Shown here: in pieces, positions 39,190 through 49,075 of the stretch
Layout of the letters: each line of letters starts with the position of its first letter
Position numbering within the stretch: position 1 is the stretch's first letter
NCBI GenBank assembly: GCA_012519025.1
Contig: JAAYQZ010000021.1
Location: 8,909-72,908, forward strand
Reading direction: 5' to 3'
DNA from: Bacillota bacterium
GTDB lineage: Bacteria; Bacillota; Limnochordia; DTU087
Length of the DNA stretch: 64,000 nt
Translations under genes and position numbers: made by a program
The notes under the pieces: generated by a model
Seen by the model: the letters and a program-made list of their open reading frames with translations, nothing else
Databases searched by the model: none
What the model was told of the DNA's origin: nothing

Positions 39190-40335
39190 TTATTCAAACA
39201 TTGCAGCCGCGCTGTGCATTTTAGCGATCACCTGGACTCCAAACGGACATTTTTCTTCACAGCTGCCGCACTCCGTGCAATCAGAGGCACGGTAAGAATT
39301 GGCCCTGTACTGATCCAAGATACGCTCGGGTATATTGTCCGGATCAAGGGAGGCTGTGTCCAACATCCTGATGGTATGGGCAATATCAATTTCTACCGGA
39401 CAGGGCAAACAGTGGTTGCAATAAACACATTGACCACTCATAGTTCCTTTAGCCGTGCCTATAATACTGCTGTAATCACGTTCATCATCGGTAAGATTCA
39501 AATAGTTAACAGCTTCCGCTACTTGTTCCCGGGTCTCGCATCCAATCAAGGTGCTCACCACAGCCGGCCTAGTTAGCGCGTAATGAATACACTGTGCGAC
39601 AGTAAGAGGCTTTGCAAAGGGAGAAAACTCCGGTGAGAGAAGCTTCCCGGCCCCCAGAGTCTTCATCGTAGTAATGGCCACACCTTTGCTTTCGCACAAC
39701 CGATACAGGTAAGCACGGTCAGGATCAATTCCATCGAAACTGTCCTTATCATAGCGCCCTGCCATGGCTTCCCCAATATCAGCGTCATAGGTCAGCATGT
39801 CGAAGGCGGGATTAGTGCTGAACATCAAAAGCTCAACAACTCCGGTTTCCACGAGCCGAGCCGCCATTTTGGGGTTGTGCGAGCTTGCGCCAATAGCTCG
39901 AATCTTACCTTCTTCCTTCAGCTTGAGGACGTATGTTATATAATCTGTTTCAAAAACACCCTTGTAGTCATCCTCAGTATCAATGAAGAACATCATGCCC
40001 AAATCAATATAATCTGTTTTGAAGATCCTGATCATGTCCTCAAAGTACCTGCGACAGATATCCACATCACGGGTGCGATCATATTGTTCTCTTAGATCAA
40101 CTGAACCAATATGGCCTTGAATTAACACCTGATCTCTTCTACCTTTAAGGGCCCTCGAAATATTTTCCCGCACCGGCTTGCCGGGCATAAAACAATCGAT
40201 TATATTAATTCCGTGCTCCAAGGCCGCATCTATTACTTCCTCCGCAACTTCGTATGGTCTATTGTCCAGATGCTCTGCACCTAACCCAACGATACTTGCC
40301 GACATCCCTGTTTTACCAATGGGCCGAAAAAGCAT
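39190..40335 (-). CDS. aldo/keto reductase fused to a C-terminal 4Fe-4S module (paralog of 3960..5081)
   Basis: 381 aa; AKR N-terminus (FRPIGKTGMSASIVGLGAEHL); C-terminal CVYCNHCLPCP and CTECGSCEEKCP clusters. Confidence 0.8.
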   Translation of the reverse strand: MLFRPIGKTGMSASIVGLGAEHLDNRPYEVAEEVIDAALEHGINIIDCFMPGKPVRENISRALKGRRDQVLIQGHIGSVDLREQYDRTRDVDICRRYFEDMIRIFKTDYIDLGMMFFIDTEDDYKGVFETDYITYVLKLKEEGKIRAIGASSHNPKMAARLVETGVVELLMFSTNPAFDMLTYDADIGEAMAGRYDKDSFDGIDPDRAYLYRLCESKGVAITTMKTLGAGKLLSPEFSPFAKPLTVAQCIHYALTRPAVVSTLIGCETREQVAEAVNYLNLTDDERDYSSIIGTAKGTMSGQCVYCNHCLPCPVEIDIAHTIRMLDTASLDPDNIPERILDQYRANSYRASDCTECGSCEEKCPFGVQVIAKMHSAAAMFE

Positions 40336-40504
40336 GCCATCCCTCCACTTTTTATCTTCGCTAAGTCAGCCTAACTATTCCACTTATTGGCTGAAATTCC
40401 TGCTTTGCGATTTATCGATAACCATCCTCTAAAAGGAAATTCTCCGTGGTTGGGGAATTATTGCCAATATAGCAATATACATGATCCTTAAAGGGGGATT
40501 TTAA

Positions 40505-40921
40505 ATGATCACCGGTATAGGCCACATAGCGTTGAGAGTCGAGGATTTGGACAGATCCATCAATTTCTATACCCATGTTTTAGGTTTTCGAAAAGCTTTC
40601 CAGTTAGATCATGATGATGGCACTCCTTGGCTGGTTTATCTGCAGATTAACTCCAACACCTTTATTGAACTGTTTCCGGACGGCAGTGAAAAAGTGCCTG
40701 TTACCGATCATTCTGTTGGTTTTATGCATCTATGTTTAGCAGTCGATGATATAAATGGAACTTTAGCTAAACTGCGGGAACGGGGGCTGGCATGTCCCGG
40801 AGAACCCACTATGGGCAAAGACGGCAATTGGCAGTATTGGATTGAAGACCCTGACGGCAATCCAATCGAATTGATGCAGCTTATGCCTGATTCACTTCAG
40901 ATCAAAAACAGTAAATTCTAG
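40505..40921 (+). CDS. VOC-family (glyoxalase/bleomycin-resistance/dioxygenase fold) protein
   Basis: 138 aa; MITGIGHIALRVEDLDRSINFY typical glyoxalase-I-like N-terminus; second beta-alpha-beta-beta-beta module with HLCLAVDD. Confidence 0.8.
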   Translation: MITGIGHIALRVEDLDRSINFYTHVLGFRKAFQLDHDDGTPWLVYLQINSNTFIELFPDGSEKVPVTDHSVGFMHLCLAVDDINGTLAKLRERGLACPGEPTMGKDGNWQYWIEDPDGNPIELMQLMPDSLQIKNSKF

Positions 40922-41009
40922 AAGAGCCGCTGTAAGTTCTTATTATAGGCAGACACCCAACGGTCCGAACGTCAGTACCGGGACCGTTGGGCTGAAAGAC
41001 ACAAATTAT

Positions 41010-42089
41010 TTATTCATTGATCTTTAGACCCCAACAGCAAATGCGTTCCCGTCTCCAAGTATAAGTTATATACACCATGTCGCCACTGGAAACCACGGCA
41101 GGGTATGAATATTCGCCTTCATCATCTTCAAGCACCAGCTTTTTTCCCCAGCTGACCCCATTATCACAGGATAAGGCCAACACTAGGGGTGTTCTGGGGC
41201 CCCAGTTGATACCTACAGGGTTATACACTAAAGCTAGAAGACCGGAGTGCAGTTTTACAAGGTCGATACCGCTGTTGTTATTAGGTAGTTCTGTTGGATA
41301 AGCCAAACACCATGTCTTACCGCCATCAGCCGAATCACTGCGATACACAACTCCTTCGGTGCTTCTTAGCAGCATATGAACTTGGCCCGGTTCAGATTCC
41401 CACAATGTCGGCTGGATTACACCTTTGCCTCTGATTCGTTTTTGGGCCTTTCCTGTTTCGCAGCCTGCTTGTCCCGGGTTGTCAGGAGCAGATGTACCAG
41501 ATGCAGACCGCTTAAGCGGCACCATTTCACTTTTATCCCATGTCAGACCACTATCGTGGGAAATATCAACAAAGGCATTCCAATGATCATTCTCGATGGA
41601 AGCCGGTGCAAGTACAGTGCCGTTGGCAAGGGCAATCGGTTTGCTCCTTACAGGACCCCTTCCCCCACAATCTCCCGGCACCAATTCTAGTGCCTTTGTC
41701 CAGCTGAGGCCGCCATCATTGGATGACTTGACAAAAGTTTGCCATTTGCTTATCTGGTGACCCACTTTGTAAAATAATAAAAGGGTTCCATCCTGATTGT
41801 GAAATAGTACCGGGTTCCAATGGGGAACCCCCAACTTATCGGCGACTTTAAGCGGCAAGCCCCACTTTTGGGCTGCATGATCCCGCCGGCTCAACCAAAT
41901 TGCAACATCTGAGGCCCCTTCTTGGCTGCCTCCAAACCAGGCAGCTAAAAGATCTCCATTTCCCAAAACAACCAGCGTAGAAGCATGACAGCTGTTAAAA
42001 GGTCGTTCGTTGTTAAACAAAAACTCTCGAAAAACAACTTCATACATTGGAAAAGTCGCCTCCCAGCTAATTCGCTGTTTTGCTGACAC
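41010..42089 (-). CDS. BNR/Asp-box repeat protein, sialidase (GH33)-like six-bladed propeller, no signal peptide
   Basis: 359 aa; four Asp-boxes SxDxGxTW (SNDGGLSW, SHDSGLTW, SADGGKTW, SCDNGVSW). Confidence 0.75.
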   Translation of the reverse strand: MSAKQRISWEATFPMYEVVFREFLFNNERPFNSCHASTLVVLGNGDLLAAWFGGSQEGASDVAIWLSRRDHAAQKWGLPLKVADKLGVPHWNPVLFHNQDGTLLLFYKVGHQISKWQTFVKSSNDGGLSWTKALELVPGDCGGRGPVRSKPIALANGTVLAPASIENDHWNAFVDISHDSGLTWDKSEMVPLKRSASGTSAPDNPGQAGCETGKAQKRIRGKGVIQPTLWESEPGQVHMLLRSTEGVVYRSDSADGGKTWCLAYPTELPNNNSGIDLVKLHSGLLALVYNPVGINWGPRTPLVLALSCDNGVSWGKKLVLEDDEGEYSYPAVVSSGDMVYITYTWRRERICCWGLKINE

Positions 42090-42197
42090 AGCCAGTCCAC
42101 TGCCAAACTACTTAAAACATTCGCTGCAATGGCTGTCCTTCCTATCTAAACGGGCATCAGATTTGGAGGTCGGTAAGTTCATGCAGAAGAAATGTCT

Positions 42198-42740
42198 TCA
42201 AGATCTTTCCTTGAGCCGTCTTACATGCCTTTCCCAGCGTCCGTAAACCTCAGGATAATGCTCCTGAACATACGCCATAAATTCTTCATCTACACCCCTG
42301 CGAATGAGTCCTTTAAACAGCTTGCGTGGGTAGGGAGGACTAGGCTTCATAGTATTGACAGGGTCAATCAGCCATAACTTTCGATTCGGATCAACAATAA
42401 TATGGGAAAGCCTGGTATCAGCTCTGCGGAATCGAAGCTTGCGCATGGTCTCCACCATTTCCACCAACTGCCGTGCAATGGCAGGTGTGAACCGCTCTGC
42501 GCGCAAATAGTGATTAAGGGGAATCCCCGGTGCGTAATCCCTTATTATATAATTTTCACCCCACTCGTGTACCTGTGGGAAAAAGGAGGCTTTCGCACCT
42601 CGTTTAAGGGCTGCCAATTCCATACGCAGGTAGTGCCGCCGTCGGTAGACCTTCACACAGCGCTTTTCATCGAGCTTGTAAACTTCACCATGTTTGCCGG
42701 CACCTATAAACTCCAATTGATCTAACCTGATTTCTACCAT
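42198..42740 (-). CDS. small protein-kinase-like fold protein (RIO/Kdo-kinase-like)
   Basis: 180 aa; glycine-rich loop plus Lys (IGAGKHGEVYKLDEKRCVKVY); degenerate catalytic/Mg segment (SHIIVDPNRKLWLIDPVN). Confidence 0.5.
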   Translation of the reverse strand: MVEIRLDQLEFIGAGKHGEVYKLDEKRCVKVYRRRHYLRMELAALKRGAKASFFPQVHEWGENYIIRDYAPGIPLNHYLRAERFTPAIARQLVEMVETMRKLRFRRADTRLSHIIVDPNRKLWLIDPVNTMKPSPPYPRKLFKGLIRRGVDEEFMAYVQEHYPEVYGRWERHVRRLKERS

Positions 42741-42926
42741 CGCTTTGCTCTCTCCCCCATTTGAGTCTTAGGATATAGTAAGACCAAACCCCCAAGAAGG
42801 TGCCGAATATCCGGGGATTTAGGAGTGTACGGCGCTTTGAGTTAATTTCACTGCACATAAATATGGTCCCGGATAATATCCGGGACCATTCCAGACTTCC
42901 TAAACTGACTCACTCACACTGTGATA

Positions 42927-44783
42927 TTATTCTACTTTAAATCGCTGCAGCAGTTCCTGCAGTTGTGCACCGAGATCGGTCAGGTTCTGAGCTGAGCCGG
43001 CAATTTCCTCAATGGATGCTGCCTGCTCCTCTGTGCCGCTTGCAATCTCGTGGCCGCCAATATTGGTTTCCTCGATACTGGCTGAAATCTGTTGAACTGC
43101 CCCAACGATGCCATCGACTTCTGCAAGTATGTTTCTTAAAAGCTCGCCACTTGCATCGACGCTCTTCGCTACTCTAGCAGCCTGTCCTGCCCCATCATTC
43201 ATGCCGGTCACTGCAGAGGTTATCCCTTCCTGTATACGCCCTATTAGGGCGGCAATTTCTGTAGTTGCGTCTGATGACTGCTCTGCCAGCCTTCTGACTT
43301 CGTCAGCTACTACAGCGAAACCGCGGCCATGTTCACCGGCCCGTGCAGCCTCTATCGCAGCGTTTAGTGCCAGGAGATTGGTTTGCTCGGCAATCTCATC
43401 AATGACGTTTATTATTCGCCCAATCTGATCAGAAAGAGCACCCAATTCAGCAATATCATCGGCGAGACCTGCAGTATTAGTTTGCAGTGCGCTGACTTCC
43501 TGCACTATATCAGCGATGGCATCTGCACCTTCAGCTGATTGACTGGAAATGTTTTGTATATCGCGGGACATGTTGTGAGCATTAGTGTTCATGGCATCAA
43601 GAGTACCGGAAAACTGGTTGGCTGTACTGGCAACTTCTTCAATTGATGCACTTACTTCCTGGGCAACCGAAGCCATTTCTTGGCTGGTTCCTGCCAGTTC
43701 ATCGGAAGTGTGGGTTACAAGACCCAATGCTTCTCTGATGGTTTCTATGGTAGCATTTAACGCTGCTGCCACCCTACCGATCTCATCTTTTGACTGAGTC
43801 TCGGCTAATCTGGTCAAATCACCTGTGGCTACAGCCTCAATTACATCTTGCACACCAACAAGCGGTTTGGTGATGCGGCCGGCAAGGAAATAGACAACAG
43901 CTATGCCCAGTCCGATGATTATGGCGGAGACCAATAGAAGGGTCTTGCGAAGCCCTTGAATGTTGCGTAGAACTTCGTGTTCAGCAGTTCCAATCGCAAT
44001 GGTCCAGCCGGTAGTTGGAAGTGGGGCCAGACCCATGAGCCTTACTTCGTTGTCCACAGAATAACGAATTACGCCGGTGCTGCCAATCCCCAACTCTTTA
44101 ACAGCCCTACCGGCATCAGCAAACAAGCCGGTACCTTCAAAAAGGTTTCTCCGCTCTTTCACCATAGAGCGATCCGGGTAACCATACAAGGTTCCATCCG
44201 GGCCAAACATATAGGCGTAACCATTTGCACCAAACCCAAGGCGATCAGTGATATCACCTAATTCCGTGACATCTCTCAAAGCAATCAACGCACCAAGAGT
44301 TTCCCCGAAGCGCTGAATTGGAACCGCATACACAACTACAGCACTGCCGTCTTTCGGATCCACGATCAGATCTGAAACCACCATCTCCCCATCCAACACT
44401 TTGTCTATGTAACCGTGTTCAGATACATTTGTAGAGGTTCCGTCCTCATATACAACAGTCCCTCTTTGGTCCACTACTCCAGCAGCTAAAAACTTGGGTA
44501 AGCGGGCCATCTCTGCCTGGAGGATTGGCACAAACAAAGCTTGATTCATACTTTGAATCTCAGCTCGCTCAGCAATGGCAGCAAAGTTGGTTAAATGAAG
44601 TTCAAAACGCGTTTCAACATAACGACTCGCCTCAACTGCCTGCTGAAACAATGCCTGCTCAACTTCTTCGATCACTGCGGCAGATCCATCGAAATAAGCT
44701 ATTACTCCCAAGCTGGCACATGCGATAAGTACGACTATCCCGACGTATACGGATATTTTTGTTGCAATATTTTTCATCGGCAT
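42927..44783 (-). CDS. methyl-accepting chemotaxis protein with a dCache_1-type periplasmic sensor
   Basis: 618 aa; TM1, about 250-aa double-Cache-like ligand domain, TM2, HAMP, MCP signalling domain ([33 protein letters not shown]). Confidence 0.85.
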   Translation of the reverse strand: MPMKNIATKISVYVGIVVLIACASLGVIAYFDGSAAVIEEVEQALFQQAVEASRYVETRFELHLTNFAAIAERAEIQSMNQALFVPILQAEMARLPKFLAAGVVDQRGTVVYEDGTSTNVSEHGYIDKVLDGEMVVSDLIVDPKDGSAVVVYAVPIQRFGETLGALIALRDVTELGDITDRLGFGANGYAYMFGPDGTLYGYPDRSMVKERRNLFEGTGLFADAGRAVKELGIGSTGVIRYSVDNEVRLMGLAPLPTTGWTIAIGTAEHEVLRNIQGLRKTLLLVSAIIIGLGIAVVYFLAGRITKPLVGVQDVIEAVATGDLTRLAETQSKDEIGRVAAALNATIETIREALGLVTHTSDELAGTSQEMASVAQEVSASIEEVASTANQFSGTLDAMNTNAHNMSRDIQNISSQSAEGADAIADIVQEVSALQTNTAGLADDIAELGALSDQIGRIINVIDEIAEQTNLLALNAAIEAARAGEHGRGFAVVADEVRRLAEQSSDATTEIAALIGRIQEGITSAVTGMNDGAGQAARVAKSVDASGELLRNILAEVDGIVGAVQQISASIEETNIGGHEIASGTEEQAASIEEIAGSAQNLTDLGAQLQELLQRFKVE

Positions 44784-44935
44784 ATCCCCAATACTATACC
44801 CACACTTTGAGTTTTAGTTAAACTGCTTATACTTTACATCCCTGTGTCTTGGTAGTTTCCTTTATGCCGCCTAAGAAGTGGTAGTGCGATTTAACAACTT
44901 ACCTTATTTCAACCCCCGGATGCCGGCTGAGTGTA

Positions 44936-44970
44936 TACAAAAAGATGCCTCAACAAAGAGGCATCTTTGC
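44936..44970 (-). terminator. Rho-independent terminator downstream of the beta-barrel OMP gene
   Basis: AAGATGCCTCaacaaAGAGGCATCTT perfect 10-bp stem followed by TTTTTGTAT on the minus strand. Confidence 0.75.
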
Positions 44971-45006
44971 ATCCGGGTCCATTGTCCCAGATGCCTTCAA
45001 ATAATT

Positions 45007-45687
45007 CTAGAATTTAATTCCGCCACCAACAAAGAATCCGGAGAAACTGGCCGTGGCTGCATCTTTAGCATCTTTTTTCTTGAATTCAAGACCCTTGTAG
45101 CGGTAACCGGCTTTGACTGCAAACTGTCCAAAATCGTATTTCCCGCCGGCCTCGAACGCCATCATGGACGAACCGTCTAGAGTCATGTCAGCTTCCTTCA
45201 ACTTTGCACTGGCAATAGGAGCATAGTTGGCCTCACCATATATACCGATGCCGTCACCGACCTCAAAATCCACTGCTGCACCAATGGTAATACCGGAGAT
45301 AGAGTATTCCTCTAAGTTTTTGTGCAGCTTGTAGCCGCCGGTGAAAAATCCTGCTTGGGCCTTCACCATAGGGATTATCTGATACTGCACTGCCACATTG
45401 AGGTTTGTGAGTTCACCTGATTCCTCGGGCCTACCAGCGGGAGCCTTTTCGAACTTATCCGTTTTACCAAACGCGCCGGAACCTGCAACACTGAACTTGT
45501 TAGTAATATCGAAAGTTCCCGTGACAGCTGTCAGCCTACCTGAAGCCTCCCATTTGTCGCCTGGTTCCTCATAAACATGGTTCACAAACCACAAATCCGC
45601 GGATACTTCCCCTGTTTGTGCAAAAGCAACAGAGCCGATTCCTAGAACCAAACTAATCATTACAGCAACAGTCAATAACTTTTTCAA
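45007..45687 (-). CDS. outer-membrane beta-barrel protein (OmpW/opacity-porin-like small OMP)
   Basis: 226 aa; signal peptide MKKLLTVAVMISLVLGIGSVAFA; alternating amphipathic beta-strands; C-terminal aromatic signature ...FFVGGGIKF ending in Phe, typical of BAM substrates. Confidence 0.65.
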   Translation of the reverse strand: MKKLLTVAVMISLVLGIGSVAFAQTGEVSADLWFVNHVYEEPGDKWEASGRLTAVTGTFDITNKFSVAGSGAFGKTDKFEKAPAGRPEESGELTNLNVAVQYQIIPMVKAQAGFFTGGYKLHKNLEEYSISGITIGAAVDFEVGDGIGIYGEANYAPIASAKLKEADMTLDGSSMMAFEAGGKYDFGQFAVKAGYRYKGLEFKKKDAKDAATASFSGFFVGGGIKF

Positions 45688-45834
45688 TAGCTTCCCCTCC
45701 TACACGTTTTTCCCCATTTTGGTAATATTGACCAATACATTGTTTCGACGGTCTATAGGGAATCCCTTTAGTTTTAAAACCATTGTATCCTCGATTTCAG
45801 GGAAGCAAAAAGTCGATGACTCGTTATTTAATTA

Positions 45835-47199
45835 TCATTTCTTTGATTTAGGTCCAATGAGCACAACGTTGATATCATTTACATTTGTTCGACTTTCAAA
45901 CAGCAGCGAATCACCTAAGTCATCGAAATAGGCCTCTGCCTCATGTTTATCTAGGTGCCACTTGGCATCAAGTTCAGTACGGCTGACAGTGCGGCAATCA
46001 GCTATAGCGCCGGATTTACCTTCACCATCTTCCCCATCGGTATCAGCTCCGGCCACCACTATGTTATCGCGATCGGCTATTTCCAAAGCTGAACTGAGAA
46101 CAAACTCTCGATTGGGGCCAAAACCATCCCGCTCATCCCAACTGAACGTAACAATCATTTCGCCCCCCATTATTAAGGCAGCAGGTGGGGTGATGGGGCG
46201 CTGCGTATCCTGCACTTCTTTGGCGATCCCCATAACGCATTTGGCAATATGTTTGGCTTCACCCGTATTTTGGCTGGTTAAAATCATGGTGTTTAGACCA
46301 GCATCTTTTGCCACTTTCTCAGCCGCCAAAAGTGCTCCCATATTGTTGCCTATTAGGTAATTGCGCACGTTGGCGGGCACCTCTCTAGGTGGCTCCATTT
46401 CAGGATGAGTCAAACCTTTTTCCATATGGGTCTTAATTGAATCAGGCAATTCCTGCCAAATATCGAACTGTTTTGCCAGATTGATACTGTCTGTAAAGGT
46501 GGTGGCATCCTTATACGTGGGTCCAGAAGCAATTACACTTAAGTCGTCTCCCACAACATCGGATAGAATCAATGATACGACTGTTGCACCCCGTTCAGAA
46601 CAAAGCTGACCAAAGCGCCCGCCTTTTACCTGAGATACATGCTTTCTAATGGTGTTAATCTCATATATATTGGCACCGCAATGCATTAAAAGCTCATTCA
46701 TACGGAACAGTTCATCGATACTGATCCCGGCGGGTGGTACTTCAAACAGCGCAGAACCGCCGCCCGTGATCAAGAAAAAGACTAAGGTGGGGCTTTCGGG
46801 ATCCAAATTCTCGATAGCTTCAGTTATTTTGTTGCTGTATTTGATGTTATCCTCCCGGGGTTGGGGGTGGTAAGCTTCATACACCGGTATACTCTCAACC
46901 TCGACAGAACCAATCTCATCGCCTTTTTTAATAATGGCAAGACCACCATCGATATCAACGATTTTCTCCAACGCTGCAGCCATAGGTGAAGCCGCTTTGC
47001 CAATCCCAAACATGAGCACACGCTCATAGTCCTTTAGATTGTATGTGTCACCGCATACTGTCAGAGTGTCGCCAACGAGTTTTACACTTTCCTCCACAGC
47101 CCTAGTTGGATCAGCCGCTTCTACTGCGGCTGAAATCATATTTTTAGCTGTATTTCTGTACTGATCATAAAGCATAATGTATGCCCTCATCGAGGGCAC
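45835..47199 (-). CDS. glycerate kinase (glycerate 2-kinase, MOFRL family; DUF4147 plus MOFRL domains)
   Basis: 454 aa; length and motifs (GIGKAASPMAAA...GGSALFE...VVAGADTDGEDG) characteristic of MOFRL glycerate kinases/TtuD. Confidence 0.75.
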   Translation of the reverse strand: MPSMRAYIMLYDQYRNTAKNMISAAVEAADPTRAVEESVKLVGDTLTVCGDTYNLKDYERVLMFGIGKAASPMAAALEKIVDIDGGLAIIKKGDEIGSVEVESIPVYEAYHPQPREDNIKYSNKITEAIENLDPESPTLVFFLITGGGSALFEVPPAGISIDELFRMNELLMHCGANIYEINTIRKHVSQVKGGRFGQLCSERGATVVSLILSDVVGDDLSVIASGPTYKDATTFTDSINLAKQFDIWQELPDSIKTHMEKGLTHPEMEPPREVPANVRNYLIGNNMGALLAAEKVAKDAGLNTMILTSQNTGEAKHIAKCVMGIAKEVQDTQRPITPPAALIMGGEMIVTFSWDERDGFGPNREFVLSSALEIADRDNIVVAGADTDGEDGEGKSGAIADCRTVSRTELDAKWHLDKHEAEAYFDDLGDSLLFESRTNVNDINVVLIGPKSKK

Positions 47200-47244
47200 A
47201 GCCTCCTCTCAAATATAGCGGACCGACCGCTTCTGTTTTCTTCT

Positions 47245-47958
47245 TTAACTTACAACCAAAAGGGTTAAGATAGCGCCGGTGATTAGGAATGGCCCGTAAG
47301 GGATCATGTCTTTTCTGCCTCTCACCTGGAAAACCAACAGCAACAAACCCACTATTCCTCCCAGCAAAACCCCGATAGCCAAGGATGTCAACATATGGCG
47401 CAGGCCAAGAAATGCGCCCACCATTGCCTGGAGTTTAGCATCACCCATGCCTATACCGCCCCGGGTAACCAAAGCTACCACGAAAAGCACTCCACCACCG
47501 ACAACAACCCCACTTAAGGCGCTTTTCATATACCCCAGTGCTGCCGATAATATTAGTCCCAGACCTATCCCAGGCATTGTTAAGATATTAGGAAGCCTGT
47601 GATGCTTTAAGTCGATGAAAAATAATGGGACGACAAGCAGCACAAACAAGAAAAGCCGAACGAAATCCAACGTACCTTTCCCACGAAAAGACACCAGAAG
47701 GACAAGAACCCCGGTGGCCAATTCCACAAGGCTGTGGCGTAAAGGCACTTTATCCCCACAATACTGACAGCGCCCTTCCGAAAACAAACGCCCCCAAAGG
47801 CTTACTTGCTCAAGTCCATACCAAGGGTGACCACAGTGGGGGCAAGTGGAGCGAAACTCACCATAGACCCCGTGGTTGGGCCACCAGGAAATAAATCTAT
47901 TCAGCATACTGCCTGCCAGCACGCCCAAAACAAAGATCCCAATTCTTTGCCATATCAT
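47245..47958 (-). CDS. prepilin peptidase (A24 family, type IV pilin leader peptidase/N-methyltransferase)
   Basis: N-terminal tetra-Cys Zn site (CPHCGHPW...CQYCGDK); GMGDAKL active-site region; polytopic membrane protein. Likely start at the Met at 47958 (MIWQRIG). Confidence 0.8.
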   Translation of the reverse strand: MIWQRIGIFVLGVLAGSMLNRFISWWPNHGVYGEFRSTCPHCGHPWYGLEQVSLWGRLFSEGRCQYCGDKVPLRHSLVELATGVLVLLVSFRGKGTLDFVRLFLFVLLVVPLFFIDLKHHRLPNILTMPGIGLGLILSAALGYMKSALSGVVVGGGVLFVVALVTRGGIGMGDAKLQAMVGAFLGLRHMLTSLAIGVLLGGIVGLLLLVFQVRGRKDMIPYGPFLITGAILTLLVVS

Positions 47959-47992
47959 CGTATATGCCCCCTTTACACCTTGTGGGGTGCGC

Positions 47993-49069
47993 CTATAAAA
48001 TCCGCACACCTATATCAACTTCATGCAAACGCTCTACCACTTTTGTAGGGGAAGCCGTTCCGGTGGTCCCCAACTGCTGGATAGTAATAGAAGCAACAAC
48101 ATTGCCAATAACAGCAGCTTCCACAGGTCCAGCCCCTACGGCTAAGGCAGAAATAACACCGGCAGAAACGCTGTCACCGGCACCTACAGGATCAATGGGA
48201 CCAACAACGGGCACTGCAGGTATATGGGTAATGTTCCCCTTTACCCCTGGTTCTGTTGAAGGCTCCACTACCAATATGCCCTGCTCAGCCATGGTTATAT
48301 AAACCGGATGTTTGTGTCTTCCTGCCAAAACAGTGCCAGCTTGGGCAGCCGTCTCCTTGCCTGAATTTTTCTTGTGCATACCCGCGGCTTGTGCTGCTTC
48401 TTGCACGTTGATTTTCACCGATAGTTGCTGGAAATGCTGGATATAGGCTCGCGAATCGACTGTAATAGGCAGGTGGGGAAACTGCTCAGCAATAGATGCC
48501 AATTCCTTCCGCACCCTAGGTGTAATCACACCGCATCCTTCCATCTCCACTTGATCCATAACATGGATTCCATCTACTGTTTTCGCTAGCCCCCAAAGCC
48601 GCCTGATGAGTTCGGTTTCCAAATCAACGAGAACTGGAGTCCTGTTCTGAAAGTCAAGCCGATTCAGCTCCCTCAATCGACCTGCTTCTTCCCGCATGGG
48701 CTTTGTATATGTAGGTGTAACTCTGCCAGCATCCCAAATCATTTTAGAAGCATCAATTCCGCCTTCTTCCATGGCCTGCCTCAATTCCAATCCATGGCCG
48801 TCTTCCCCGGCAATACCCAAGGCAATTACTTTGCCAACTCCCAGGGCGACAAGATTGTTGGCCACGGTGCCCGCGGCCCCAGGGCTTGAACGGATGCCAA
48901 CCACTTGGTAAGCCGTCAGACCGGTTTCAAGCGAAGGCTCATCAAGAGCAGAGTCAATATCTAGGTATCGGTCCAAAAAATAATCTCCTACAACGAGTAT
49001 TTCGCTGCTGGGTAACTTCTCGAAAATTGTTTTGGCTTTTGCTGGTTTCATACCTATCACCTCCGCCAT
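47993..49069 (-). CDS. PfkB-family carbohydrate kinase resembling RfaE/HldE domain I (D-glycero-beta-D-manno-heptose-7-phosphate kinase)
   Basis: 358 aa; N-terminus ILVVGDYFLDRYL....SPGAAGTVANNLVALG closely parallels HldE kinase (VMVVGDVMLDRY...RPGGAANVA); C-terminal GAGDSV anion-hole motif. Confidence 0.55.
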   Translation of the reverse strand: MAEVIGMKPAKAKTIFEKLPSSEILVVGDYFLDRYLDIDSALDEPSLETGLTAYQVVGIRSSPGAAGTVANNLVALGVGKVIALGIAGEDGHGLELRQAMEEGGIDASKMIWDAGRVTPTYTKPMREEAGRLRELNRLDFQNRTPVLVDLETELIRRLWGLAKTVDGIHVMDQVEMEGCGVITPRVRKELASIAEQFPHLPITVDSRAYIQHFQQLSVKINVQEAAQAAGMHKKNSGKETAAQAGTVLAGRHKHPVYITMAEQGILVVEPSTEPGVKGNITHIPAVPVVGPIDPVGAGDSVSAGVISALAVGAGPVEAAVIGNVVASITIQQLGTTGTASPTKVVERLHEVDIGVRIL

Positions 49070-49075
49070 TATACA

